Notes: a model not told the origin generated them from the letters alone. Numbered from the stretch's first letter, positions 9,305 through 18,926 are shown. The stretch: DNA of 64,000 nt from a virus (IMGVR_UViG_3300045988_122191:44922-108921), one strand, 5' to 3'. Numbers and translations: made by a program.

Positions 9305-12300
9305 TGGCTATTCGCATTCAGTTTGATGGAACTGGGTCGCCAGAGTGCCCAACTCTAGTGTTAGCAAAGCGCGGTGGAGAAAAGCTTGGCGTTTTAAATA
9401 CGGCTGATAATATCAGCTTGTCAGATAGATTGAGTGATTCATGCGAACTATCTTTTGATATATATAAAGAATTCGACGGTAGGGTCTGTCCTATATGGGA
9501 TAAGGTAGTTGACTTTAAGTTAGTCTGGTGTAAAGAGTGGGATAAGTGGTTTTCCATCTCTGTTAACACACAGGAGTCTTCTAGCGTTATGAAGAGTATA
9601 ACTGCAACAAGTTTGGGCGAAGCCGAGCTGTCTCAAATTTTACTGCACGACATTGAGATTAACACGGAAGATGACATCGACAGGGACGATTACGATGAAA
9701 ACTTCCCTACTATTCTCTATCGCCCGGACAGACCTGACGCGTCCCTTCTCCATCGTCTAATGGAGAAAGCGCCTCACTATTCTATTGGTCATGTAGATTC
9801 GACGATAGCAAAACTGCAGCGGACATTTTCTTTTGATGGCGATTCTATCAAAGATGCTTTCGACGCCGTTGCAGAAGAGATTGGCTGTCTGTTTGTTTAT
9901 CCTTCCGGGTCTACTGATAAAGGAACCCCATCCCGAACGGTAGAAGTGTATGACTTGGAACGTGCCTGCCTAGACTGCGGTTATAGGGGTGAATTTGACG
10001 GCAACTGCCCGGAGTGTAATAGTTCTAATATTAACGAGGGGTATGGTCAGGACACAACAATCTTTGTTTCTACGGAGAATCTCACCGACGAGGTGTCCTA
10101 CGAAACAGACACTGGTTCTGTGAAAAATTGTTTTCGACTAACTGCTGGCGATGACCTGATGACGGCGACGGTTCGCCTATGCAATCCAAGTGGCGGCGGA
10201 TACATTTGGTGTATTACGGATGACACCAAGGAAGATATGTCTGACGAGCTAGTAGCAAAAATAAATAGCTATGATGAGCTATGTCATCATTACGATGAAG
10301 AGGCTGGCAGCTCGATCGACGCCACCATTCTAGTTTCCTACAACGAGCTTGTAGATAAGTACAAGTCGATGAACGAAAACTTAGAGAAGATCACCTCTCC
10401 TATCGCTGGCTACTCTAATCTGGTCAAGGCTTACTTTAGCGCGATAGAGTTCGGCAGCTACTTACAGACATCCATGATGCCAACCTACGAGCACCAGGAA
10501 ACGAATGCTGCGGCACAAGCTGCTTTGCTAACAACAGACAACCTCTCCCCTATTGCGGTGTCCAAGCTGACTTCTAGTACGTCAAAGGCTACAGTTGAGA
10601 GCGCACTAAAGGCAATGGCGAAAGTGTTTATTGACACAAGCAGATTTAAGTTTACTATCAACACAACTTCATGGGTAAATACAGAAGGAAACACTCCAAC
10701 GTGGACAGGCAATTTTACTGTTACTAGCTACACTGAAGAAGGAGACGTGGCAACGTCGAGTACAATTTCTGTTGTCGTAACAGACAATTATGCCGACTAC
10801 GCAAAGCAACTTGTAGAAAAGAAGATTGCCATTTCAGACACTGAGGATGTTAGTATTACTGGTTTATTCAAGCTGGAGCTGGAGCAATTCACAAATAATC
10901 TAAAGAAGTACAGCATGGATTGTTTGGATGAATTTGAGGATTGCTGCCAAGACGTTCTAAATATCTTGACGGAATCCGGTGGTGGCGAAACAACCTCTAT
11001 TATGTACGACCAGTATTACCTGCCGTACTACAACAAACTGCTTGCGATACAAGCGGAGAAGGATGTTCGCAGCTCAGAGCTTATGATTATCCTGGGCGAC
11101 GAGGGGGCGGAGACGGCTTCGGATGAACCGGTGCTTGGGGTAAAGCAGTATATCGAAAGGGCGCAGGAAGAGATTCGGGGCGCTCTCGATTTGGAGACAT
11201 ACCTAGGTCACGATTTGTGGGTTGAGTTTTCTTCTTACCGGAGAGAGGATGAATATTCTAACGACAACTTCATCTCTGATGGACTGACTGACTCAGAGCT
11301 TGTTGACCAGGCTTTTCAGTTTATCGACAAGGCTAAGAAAGAAATCTACAAGTCTGCGAACCTGCAGCATACTATTACAGCTACATTAAAGAATCTTTTG
11401 GTCATCCCAGCGTTCGCGCCGATAGTTGACTACTTCTCTGTAGGGAATTGGATTCGGGTTAAGGTTGATGGCGCAGTATACAGACTAAGGCTTGTTAGTT
11501 ATGATCTTGACTATTCAGATATGGATAGCCTGTCTGTCGAGTTCTCCGACGTAACTAAGACGCTTAGTGGTACAGCTGATGTGGCGGATATTCTATCCCG
11601 CGCATCGTCTATGGCGTCTACCTTTGACTACGTAACAAAGCAGGCAGTCAAGGGTTCCGACGCGTCTGGGATCCTTTCTAACTGGACGGAAAATGGTCTA
11701 TCCACAACACACACAAAGATTATAGACAGTGCCGACAATCAGAACATGGTTGTTGACCAGCACGGGACGCTTTACAGAAAGTTCGATCCGATGACTGAGA
11801 AGTACGAAGACATCCAGATGAAGATCATCAACTCGACTATCGCTATTACAGATGACAACTGGAAGTCTACCCGCGCAGCTCTTGGTCGGTTCTTCTATGT
11901 CAATCCAAAAACCAAAAAGTACACTGAGGGGTACGGCATCAATGGTGAAGTCCTTTGCGGCAAACTGTTGCTAGGTGAGTCGCTGGGAATCTACAACTCT
12001 GATAACAGTATGCGGTTTGACGCCGACGGTCTGACCGTAACAAATGGTACGAACACAGTTACTATTGACCCCAAGGAGGGAGACTCGGTATTGTCGATAG
12101 TCAGTGAGAATGGAACTGTGATTTCGTTTAACAAGGATGGCACAGCAAACTTCACAGGCAACGTTAACGCTACTTCTCTATCCACTGGTGGCAAAGGGTC
12201 TATTGAATCTACAAACGACGGAATCTATATTGCAGCGGATGGCTCTATTTATATTGGCAAATACAACGAGAGTGTACAAAGATGTGTTAGCGAGATAAAA

Positions 12301-13104
12301 TCGGACGGAACATTTAATTTAGGTGATGGCTCAGTTATCTGGGACAATGAGAATAGCCTGATAAAATCTAAGAACTACAAAGAAGCAGTTAATAGCAACC
12401 CAGGCAGCGGTTCAGCACTAAACTTGGAGAATGGTAAGTTTAGTTTCGGTGGCGGGGCGTTAGTGTACGATGGCTCTGATTTAATTATTAAGGGAAAGAT
12501 GAGGGGCAGTGCTATTGATATCCAGGCAGAGACCGGGAATGAGCGGCTGCGGCTGGGTACTTCGGTGAATGCGGAGACCAATGCGTCTGCCATCAGCATG
12601 TCCGTGAAAGATACTCAGTCCAACGCCAGCGCAGAGGTGACCGTCAACGCAGTGGGCGTCACCATGGATGGGGTTCAGCTGGATCTGCTGGGAGAGTGGA
12701 TCGCCATCGGGGACGCAAATGTCGCGTCAGAGACCGAATTTTATGGGCATGTGGTCCTGCCGGGTGGAAATTTGGAGGACAAAGACTACAGCAGCACCAC
12801 ATATACCAGCTTTTCCGGCGGAGTTCTGTCGTCCGGGTCGGTGACGGTGACCAAAAAGCTGGGGGTATGCTACATCAGCGGCACAGTGACCTTGTCCAAG
12901 AGCATCAGCGCCTGGACTACCATCCTGTCCAGCTCCAAGATCCCGGCACCGCAGCACGGAGAGTTGGTTCCGTTTGAGGCATCCCAGTGGGGAACGAGCT
13001 ATGCTCGGCCCCTGCGCGGGAAGATTACGCCCAGCGGCGGGCTGCAGCTGGTCTATGGCGCTGCGGGAAATTATGTATTTACAATTGCTTACCCAATCGA
13101 CTGA
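9304..13104 (+). CDS. tail-associated protein / tail fibre (Tal-like, 1266 aa)
   Basis: Start overlaps the Dit stop (TAATG). N-terminal region is typical of prophage tail endopeptidase/Tal proteins. Contains a CxxC...CxxC zinc-ribbon insert (CLDCGYRGEFDGNCPECN). The last ~190 codons have markedly higher GC than the rest. Confidence 0.8.
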   Translation: MAIRIQFDGTGSPECPTLVLAKRGGEKLGVLNTADNISLSDRLSDSCELSFDIYKEFDGRVCPIWDKVVDFKLVWCKEWDKWFSISVNTQESSSVMKSITATSLGEAELSQILLHDIEINTEDDIDRDDYDENFPTILYRPDRPDASLLHRLMEKAPHYSIGHVDSTIAKLQRTFSFDGDSIKDAFDAVAEEIGCLFVYPSGSTDKGTPSRTVEVYDLERACLDCGYRGEFDGNCPECNSSNINEGYGQDTTIFVSTENLTDEVSYETDTGSVKNCFRLTAGDDLMTATVRLCNPSGGGYIWCITDDTKEDMSDELVAKINSYDELCHHYDEEAGSSIDATILVSYNELVDKYKSMNENLEKITSPIAGYSNLVKAYFSAIEFGSYLQTSMMPTYEHQETNAAAQAALLTTDNLSPIAVSKLTSSTSKATVESALKAMAKVFIDTSRFKFTINTTSWVNTEGNTPTWTGNFTVTSYTEEGDVATSSTISVVVTDNYADYAKQLVEKKIAISDTEDVSITGLFKLELEQFTNNLKKYSMDCLDEFEDCCQDVLNILTESGGGETTSIMYDQYYLPYYNKLLAIQAEKDVRSSELMIILGDEGAETASDEPVLGVKQYIERAQEEIRGALDLETYLGHDLWVEFSSYRREDEYSNDNFISDGLTDSELVDQAFQFIDKAKKEIYKSANLQHTITATLKNLLVIPAFAPIVDYFSVGNWIRVKVDGAVYRLRLVSYDLDYSDMDSLSVEFSDVTKTLSGTADVADILSRASSMASTFDYVTKQAVKGSDASGILSNWTENGLSTTHTKIIDSADNQNMVVDQHGTLYRKFDPMTEKYEDIQMKIINSTIAITDDNWKSTRAALGRFFYVNPKTKKYTEGYGINGEVLCGKLLLGESLGIYNSDNSMRFDADGLTVTNGTNTVTIDPKEGDSVLSIVSENGTVISFNKDGTANFTGNVNATSLSTGGKGSIESTNDGIYIAADGSIYIGKYNESVQRCVSEIKSDGTFNLGDGSVIWDNENSLIKSKNYKEAVNSNPGSGSALNLENGKFSFGGGALVYDGSDLIIKGKMRGSAIDIQAETGNERLRLGTSVNAETNASAISMSVKDTQSNASAEVTVNAVGVTMDGVQLDLLGEWIAIGDANVASETEFYGHVVLPGGNLEDKDYSSTTYTSFSGGVLSSGSVTVTKKLGVCYISGTVTLSKSISAWTTILSSSKIPAPQHGELVPFEASQWGTSYARPLRGKITPSGGLQLVYGAAGNYVFTIAYPID

Positions 13105-13155
13105 TCTAGCATAGTTATAAAGCAGCTAACAGTTCGTTTAAAAGAGGTGGACAAA

Positions 13156-13467
13156 TTGATTGAGTATATACCTCAAGTAATTATCCCTGTGCTTGTTTCT
13201 TTTTTTACAGGTGCGTGGGCAATTCTATATAAGAAACAGCAAACACTTTTTCAGCGTTATCATGCGGTTAACGACGGAATGAAGTGTTTGCTGCGGGCAG
13301 AAATCATCAGAGATCATTCGCATTATGTAAATATGGGTTACATCCCTATGTATGCAATGCAGAATGTATTGGAAAGTTATTGTGCGTACCACTCTCTAGG
13401 TGGGAATGGCACGATTACAAAAATGGTAGAGGAGCTTAAACAGCTCCCCACCAAGAATGAAGAATAA
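13156..13467 (+). CDS. small membrane protein with one N-terminal TM, putative holin (LL-H-like architecture)
   Basis: TTG start 6 nt after AAAGAGGTGG. Residues 7-27 are hydrophobic (IPQVIIPVLVSFFTGAWAILY) followed by a soluble domain. Immediately downstream of Tal. Confidence 0.35.
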   Translation: MIEYIPQVIIPVLVSFFTGAWAILYKKQQTLFQRYHAVNDGMKCLLRAEIIRDHSHYVNMGYIPMYAMQNVLESYCAYHSLGGNGTITKMVEELKQLPTKNEE

Positions 13468-13493
13468 CTGTACTAACGGAAGGAGTAATAGTT

Positions 13494-13703
13494 ATGAAAC
13501 AAAGAGAATGGCTCCATAGAGCACTACGTACCGCACTGCAGGCTGCCGCCGGTGCTATCGCCGCGAACCTGGTAGCATGGGTTAACGGCGTCACCGATGT
13601 GGCAAGCGCAAAGACTGTAGCGATCAGTGCTGGGGCGGTTGTCGTCAGCGCTGTGCTGGCAGCTTTGATGAATATGGATAAGAAAGAAGACCTGGAGGAA
13701 TAA
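13494..13703 (+). CDS. putative holin (69 aa, two TM segments, charged C-terminus)
   Basis: RBS GGAGTAA. Two hydrophobic helices (AAAGAIAANLVAWV / TVAISAGAVVVSAVLAALM) and a C-terminal tail DKKEDLEE, the classic class II holin layout. Confidence 0.45.
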   Translation: MKQREWLHRALRTALQAAAGAIAANLVAWVNGVTDVASAKTVAISAGAVVVSAVLAALMNMDKKEDLEE

Positions 13704-13718
13704 CCTCCAGGTCTTCTA
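13686..13718 (+). promoter_or_regulatory. perfect 14-bp stem-loop spanning the holin stop codon
   Basis: agaagacctggagg-aataa-cctccaggtcttct. No U-tract follows. Possible attenuator or RNA stability element. Confidence 0.3.
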
Positions 13719-13747
13719 ACATTGATGATGAAAGGATGTGACCTAAC

Positions 13748-14068
13748 ATGGTGTCCTTGATTAAATATGGCGGCCATCAGAATAAAAATGATATGAACTT
13801 TGTGGGCAAATCTACCGATACAAAGCCAATCAAAACTTTTGATGGAATGCCGATTTCAAATGGTAGTACGTTCTATGAAATGGATACGGAAACAGAGTAT
13901 ATGTATGATGAAGAACTTCATGAATGGACGTACAAAAATTCGGGAGGAGCTTCCGCGTTAGTAGCGGATGATACAGTAGCTAGTCTAGTGGATGCGAATA
14001 TGTTGGCGGCTGTTAGTAATAACGGAGAACTGCTGACTGATGAAGACGGGAAAATTATTTTGATGTGA
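13748..14068 (+). CDS. hypothetical protein
   Basis: 106-aa ORF in the co-directional block; no recognisable motif. Confidence 0.4.
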   Translation: MVSLIKYGGHQNKNDMNFVGKSTDTKPIKTFDGMPISNGSTFYEMDTETEYMYDEELHEWTYKNSGGASALVADDTVASLVDANMLAAVSNNGELLTDEDGKIILM

Positions 14069-14080
14069 GGAGTGAATTAT

Positions 14081-14266
14081 ATGAACGAACCTTTGGCTTT
14101 GCGGAGCGTCGCGGATCTCGAAGAGCTTCAAGTTCTTCCTGATAGCGCAAAGATTCTGATTATTGATGCGGGAACGGCAAAGCAGATCTCCAAGTCTAAC
14201 GCTAAATTTGGCGGCGGTAGTGTAACAATTTTCGATGTAGTTCAGAATGGGAGTGAGGTTAGTTGA
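14081..14266 (+). CDS. hypothetical protein
   Basis: ATG 6 nt after GAGGAGTG. 61 aa. Confidence 0.35.
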   Translation: MNEPLALRSVADLEELQVLPDSAKILIIDAGTAKQISKSNAKFGGGSVTIFDVVQNGSEVS

Positions 14267-14502
14267 CATATACTTTATATAATCAAGATGGCGTAGCCGC
14301 AACTGCACAGGAAGTTTACGATGCGCTCATGGCAGGCACGGTATACCTACATGTGCAAAATGTTTATCATTTAGTAACAAACTGGCAATGGTTTGATTCT
14401 ACTGGCGGAGCATCTGATAACAACAATGTTGTTGCAGTAGGTATGGGTACCGGAGACGGCGAGATTATAGTGGGAGCACTACCACGACCACCGTTTGAAT
14501 AA
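14263..14502 (+). CDS. hypothetical protein
   Basis: TTG start overlapping the upstream stop; 79 aa. Confidence 0.35.
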   Translation: MTYTLYNQDGVAATAQEVYDALMAGTVYLHVQNVYHLVTNWQWFDSTGGASDNNNVVAVGMGTGDGEIIVGALPRPPFE

Positions 14503-14514
14503 GGCGGTGTTGTC

Positions 14515-15825
14515 ATGAATAAACTGAATATTAAAAATTTACTCACCGCAATTCAGAACATGATAATGCGGAATAGAGTTGCGTACAAGGATTACCTTGG
14601 GAAGGAAACGGTAGTTAAGTCCGTATTGCTTGCGAGTGGATTGGCCGACGGAGATAATGTTGGGTTTAACCTAACTGAAGGCCAGTCATACGATATCGAC
14701 TTCGGCGACGAAAGGATCACTTTGACTGCAAGGTGTCGGCAGTGCGCTGAGGATGTGCCAGAAGATATTTCTTCGTGGGTAAGTGTAACACCAGAGCTTG
14801 ATAATTTTCCTAATGACTACTTGCTGTCTATTGATACATCTACATTCCCGGATAATTCATTCAGAATCCAGATACATGACGGTCTGATGTTTACATCTTC
14901 AACTGGCAAATACGCAGATAAAGACTTCGACTTGTATCGTAACGACCTGGTTACTACGAACAGATATGATATCAAGTTGTTGCCGGAAGAGCTACTGCCC
15001 AAGAGTGTTGCTAAGAAGAAGGATGTTAATAGTCAGTTTACTTTAGTCAACAGAAAAGTTGACAGTATAGAAAATCGTGTAACTTCTGTTGGTGACTTGG
15101 TTTACACAAAAGTGTGCTATGATCAAGATCAGTTTTTAACAGCATCACAAAAAGCGCAGGCACGGAAAAATATAGACGCATCAGATTTTTCTGGGAGCTA
15201 TCATGATCTACAAGATAAGCCATGTGAAAATTACGAAAGAAGGACAGAGGTGTATACGCTTACTGGCGGTATGAACGTTAGGGTTGGTGATGGAGATGAA
15301 GCCTACACCGTTACTACTGGTTATACGTCCCAGTTAGTACCTCAAGACAGCATCGTTCGGGTTTGTGGCAAAACATGGGAATCCCCGAAAATAGGCGTAC
15401 AATCAATCCTCGTTGGCGAGGGAATGGAATGCCGATATGTGGGCAACTTATCCATGATCACTAAAATTCTTTTTGTAAAAAATAGTTTCGGTGGTTTTCA
15501 GAGTAGCAAATATCCAACATCCGGCGACGATACAGGAGAAGATTTTCTGTTTATTATTTCTTGCGTGAAAATTGATGGACACTCAGTGTACGACTTTTAC
15601 TATGTAGTTTCCAGCAAAAAGTACGCCGATTCAAAATTATGTGCTGTAGTAGATGAACTGATAAAGTTAGATGACGCCCTAATCCCTAACAACATTCAAA
15701 GAGTTGGCTCCGATCTTATCATTAACTCTTCCACAGAGGGAAGCACTAAAAAGTTTAAGCTGGCTGTAGATGACAGCGGCACCCTCAGCGCGTCAGAAAT
15801 AACAAAAGCAGAATCAACAGGATAA
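14515..15825 (+). CDS. hypothetical protein (436 aa; possible tail fibre/receptor-binding or lysis-associated)
   Basis: Large ORF between the holin candidates and the endolysin; no catalytic motif recognised. Confidence 0.4.
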   Translation: MNKLNIKNLLTAIQNMIMRNRVAYKDYLGKETVVKSVLLASGLADGDNVGFNLTEGQSYDIDFGDERITLTARCRQCAEDVPEDISSWVSVTPELDNFPNDYLLSIDTSTFPDNSFRIQIHDGLMFTSSTGKYADKDFDLYRNDLVTTNRYDIKLLPEELLPKSVAKKKDVNSQFTLVNRKVDSIENRVTSVGDLVYTKVCYDQDQFLTASQKAQARKNIDASDFSGSYHDLQDKPCENYERRTEVYTLTGGMNVRVGDGDEAYTVTTGYTSQLVPQDSIVRVCGKTWESPKIGVQSILVGEGMECRYVGNLSMITKILFVKNSFGGFQSSKYPTSGDDTGEDFLFIISCVKIDGHSVYDFYYVVSSKKYADSKLCAVVDELIKLDDALIPNNIQRVGSDLIINSSTEGSTKKFKLAVDDSGTLSASEITKAESTG

Positions 15826-15850
15826 CTCATATAGATGGAGGAGTAGTAAT

Positions 15851-17164
15851 ATGGCATTAAAGGGTATTGATGTGTCTGTACATCAGGGAGCAATCGACTG
15901 GAAAAAAGTTGCGAAGGATGGCGTAAAATTCGCCATCCTTCGCGCCGGTTACGGGCGAGAGATCTCTCAGAAGGATAAGTATTTTGAAGTAAATTATGCC
16001 GGGGCTAGAGCCGCCGGTATCAAGGTTGGGGCTTACTGGTATAGCTATGCTGATAGTGTGGCTCGCGGTGAACAGGAAGCCAAGACTTTCCTAAAAGCAA
16101 TCGAGGGAAAGAAGTTTGACCTTCCCCTCTTCTTCGACCAGGAATATGAAACGGCCATTTTGAAACTGTCCGACGCTACTAGAACAGACATTGTTCTAAG
16201 GTTCGTAAAGACGGTAAAGGCCGCAGGTTATGAGTGCGGATTGTATAGTTCGACCGATTTTCTGAAGAATAAGCTGGTCACCTCCAGAGTTGCTGGCCTA
16301 AAAATTTGGCTGGCTGAGTATGGCCCCAAACTCCATTACACCGGCAAGGTTTGGGCTTGGCAGTATAGTAGCAAGGGGCGTGTATCCGGTATCAAGGGTA
16401 ACGTCGATATGAACCACGGCTACTTTGAGATTGCCACACCCGTAAAGACTCAAACTAAGAACAGTGACACTTTGCTGATGAAGGATGATACCGGCGATAA
16501 GGTGAAACTGTTACAACATCGGCTGAATATTATGGGCAGCCAGCTCGCTGAGGACGGTATCTGGGGCATCAAGACCGATCAGGCCGTTCGTAATTTCCAA
16601 TACAATTATGGTTTGGTTGTGGATGGTATCGTTGGCCCGAAGACACAGGAGAAGCTTATTTCGGAAGCGGTCGTTGCGTCCGCGAAGACGATCAGCAACT
16701 ACATGCTGAAGAACAAGTGGCATTACAAGGGTGACGGCTATACGGCGAAGACTACATTTGCTGCTACTAAGAGGTTGTCTAAGCCTGGTTCAAGCTGTGC
16801 GCACTTTGTCTCTTGGGTACTGCAGGATGTTGGTATGCTGCAGGCTGGAAAGATCCTGAGTCACAGCAAGGCTGGCTATGGCGTCGGCGAAAAGTCTATT
16901 GTTAATGCGGACAAGCTGATCGACTGTAAGGTCGTGTACCCGAATAAAAGTATCGACTCTTATAAGAATGAGCTGAAGCCTGGTGACGTGGTTGTCCATG
17001 ACTCCAGTATTGCTATCTACCTGCTGAAAGACAAGAAACCTGCTGTACTGACGGGCCGAAACGGATCATGTATCAATAGCAAGGGTCAGTATGTAAAAAT
17101 GCTTGTTACGTCTGGATATGAGTGGCGGCATAATGTCCTAGCAGTTGTAAGAGCGAAGGTGTAA
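15851..17164 (+). CDS. endolysin: GH25 muramidase with peptidoglycan-binding repeats
   Basis: N-terminus GIDVSVHQG...DWKKV...FAILRAGYG matches the GH25 lysozyme family. Residues ~210-265 resemble PG_binding_1 (LLQHRLNIMG...GIWG..T..AV..FQ). Followed by a terminator. Confidence 0.85.
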   Translation: MALKGIDVSVHQGAIDWKKVAKDGVKFAILRAGYGREISQKDKYFEVNYAGARAAGIKVGAYWYSYADSVARGEQEAKTFLKAIEGKKFDLPLFFDQEYETAILKLSDATRTDIVLRFVKTVKAAGYECGLYSSTDFLKNKLVTSRVAGLKIWLAEYGPKLHYTGKVWAWQYSSKGRVSGIKGNVDMNHGYFEIATPVKTQTKNSDTLLMKDDTGDKVKLLQHRLNIMGSQLAEDGIWGIKTDQAVRNFQYNYGLVVDGIVGPKTQEKLISEAVVASAKTISNYMLKNKWHYKGDGYTAKTTFAATKRLSKPGSSCAHFVSWVLQDVGMLQAGKILSHSKAGYGVGEKSIVNADKLIDCKVVYPNKSIDSYKNELKPGDVVVHDSSIAIYLLKDKKPAVLTGRNGSCINSKGQYVKMLVTSGYEWRHNVLAVVRAKV

Positions 17165-17169
17165 AATGA

Positions 17170-17202
17170 AAGAGGACGCCTAAAAAGCGTCCTCTTTTTT
17201 TT
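17170..17202 (+). terminator. rho-independent terminator of the lysis operon
   Basis: aagaggacgc-ctaaaaa-gcgtcctctt followed by T8, 6 nt after the endolysin stop. Confidence 0.8.
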
Positions 17203-17265
17203 GACTGTTTGTGCCTTCAAATCAATGATTTTAGATAGGTGTTATAAAACTAACAGTCCGTTTAT

Positions 17266-17317
17266 CCTTTAAAAATAAGAGGGTCGCCCTGCAGGGCGAC
17301 CCTCTTATTTTTAAAGG
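17266..17317. terminator. perfect 52-bp palindrome (24-bp arms, tgca centre), putative bidirectional terminator
   Basis: cctttaaaaataagagggtcgccc tgca gggcgaccctcttatttttaaagg with T/A runs on both sides. Lies between the convergent lysis and integrase transcription units. Confidence 0.6.
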
Positions 17318-17319
17318 AT

Positions 17320-17726
17320 AATTACATATGCACAAATATGTTTGATTGTCCTTGTTTTTCCTGTTGCGTAAACTTCGCCGAAGGAAACAAAATCTTTGCG
17401 TACTCAACGCACTACGCAACTTCTACTCAATGCTTCTTATAAAGCTGTGATAATATATGACATATATTTCAAAAAGTTGTGTAGTTTATTTTAAAGAGCA
17501 TATGCCGAAAACGTTGATATTGCAACGTTTTTTAACACTGTTACTCAGAATCTGCCGAAGACTTTGTTACTTAATCATCTTTGCTAAGTTTCAAAAATCG
17601 TGTTGATATATCAACGTTTTTCCATCACACGCACACTTCACTACTCAACAACTACTCAACGCTTATTGTTTTGTGCCTCCGCCATATTTAGAACACATGA
17701 CTCAACGCCACACACTACACAACACT
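17320..17726. promoter_or_regulatory. candidate attP region with arm-type repeat sites
   Basis: Non-coding 400 bp between the lysis module and int. Five or more same-orientation copies of ACT(A)CTCAAC(GC) at 17402, 17424, 17640, 17651 and 17699. Inverted pair of AAAACGTTGATAT at 17509-17521 (+) and 17608-17620 (-). Palindrome gttgatatatcaac at 17603-17616. Repeated TGCCGAARAC. Confidence 0.45.
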
Positions 17727-18926
17727 TTACAGTAGGCTTCCAGCTTTAGCAACCTCACTATTTGTGTAGGAGTCTGTGATGTGCGTATAATGTAGAGTCG
17801 TAGAGTAACTCGAATGCCCCATCACCTGTTGAACAAATAGCGGTTCGAGACCCTTTTTGAAACAGAGTGTTGCGAATGTATGTCTACATACATGCGGATG
17901 AATGCTTTTGATCTCCCTTGGAACTCGCCCTTTTTTATTTGCATTGTAGTTCTCTTTGGCTTGCATATTTGCACACACCCTTTTAAGATCGTGTGCAATA
18001 GGATATCTTGTAGCCGGAGACCCCATCGTTGTTGTAAAGACTAGGTTGCCGTGGTCGGGGTTTGCTCTCCACCTATTGCCAAGCTCCTCTTTTAAGGTTT
18101 GTTGCTTCATCCTCCAGGCTAGTAAATATTTTTCCACATCTCCGAAGAACGGGATTCTTCTGTACGCATTTGATGTTTTTGGAGTACATAGCTCTTCTAC
18201 TTTCTTGCCCCCGTCATAGTATGTTCTCATTGATCTCTCAATCGTGATTACCTTGTTGCCAAAATCTATATCCTCCCAACGTAACCCGGAGAATTCTCCG
18301 ATTCGTACGCCGGTAAGGAGCAAGAACATATATGCCTCATAGTAATAGTTGTTTTCGATCTCCTCCAAGAACAACTTTAGTTCCCAGTCAGCAAGCGCCC
18401 GTTTTTCTTTCGCGGCAGTTACATTGGCGTTCAGGATATTTATTCCAACACATGGGTTAACTTTAATTACTTTGTTTACTACAGCGATGTCTAGGCACTC
18501 TTTTAGAGCACCAAGGGCTTCTTTAATTGATCTATATGAATACTCCTTTTCTACAAGTTCATTTGTCGCTGTTTGAATATTCATCTGGGATATGTCTTCA
18601 ACCTTTTTTGCACCGATAATGTTGATATATGTGTTATTGATTTTTCTGTAATAGACCTTTCTGGATACATCAGATTTCAGACTTGGCGCTTTGCAGCGCT
18701 CAAACCATTCTTCAAACCACTCAGTAAGTTTTATGCCGGGGCGCTCTCCATACTCGTCCCTATGGGCGAGTGCTTTTTTCTCTTCAAACTCTTTCTTCAG
18801 TTTTGAAAGATTAGAATTATATATGCAGATCTTGGTCGTACCAATTTTTGCGCGAGCGCAATATATCCCGTCTTTCCGTTGAGAAAACCCAACCCCAAGA
18901 TCTTTCCCTTTTAAATCTTTGCCCAA
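17727..18926 (-). CDS. int: tyrosine integrase
   Basis: 399 aa. C-terminal catalytic region has HVCRHTFAT...GHSSYSTTLHYTH (R...HxxR...Y). Adjacent to the excisionase-like gene and the att-like repeats. Confidence 0.9.
   Translation of the reverse strand: MGKDLKGKDLGVGFSQRKDGIYCARAKIGTTKICIYNSNLSKLKKEFEEKKALAHRDEYGERPGIKLTEWFEEWFERCKAPSLKSDVSRKVYYRKINNTYINIIGAKKVEDISQMNIQTATNELVEKEYSYRSIKEALGALKECLDIAVVNKVIKVNPCVGINILNANVTAAKEKRALADWELKLFLEEIENNYYYEAYMFLLLTGVRIGEFSGLRWEDIDFGNKVITIERSMRTYYDGGKKVEELCTPKTSNAYRRIPFFGDVEKYLLAWRMKQQTLKEELGNRWRANPDHGNLVFTTTMGSPATRYPIAHDLKRVCANMQAKENYNANKKGRVPREIKSIHPHVCRHTFATLCFKKGLEPLFVQQVMGHSSYSTTLHYTHITDSYTNSEVAKAGSLL

Noticed and set aside
9961-10030. Tal/NrdD zinc-ribbon similarity as a recent DNA duplication
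   Set aside because: The two DNA segments differ at most synonymous positions, so the similarity is at protein level only; kept as a finding but not as a repeat.
12696-12977. Overlapping +/- ORFs inside the 3' end of the Tal gene
   Set aside because: These are by-products of the high-GC composition of the Tal C-terminal module; the long Tal frame is continuous through them.
17843-17854. tRNA T-arm-like GGTTCGAGACCC inside the 3' end of int (possible attP tRNA fragment)
   Set aside because: The flanking bases cannot form a 5-bp T-stem around a 7-nt loop and no acceptor-stem complement follows, so this is a chance match.
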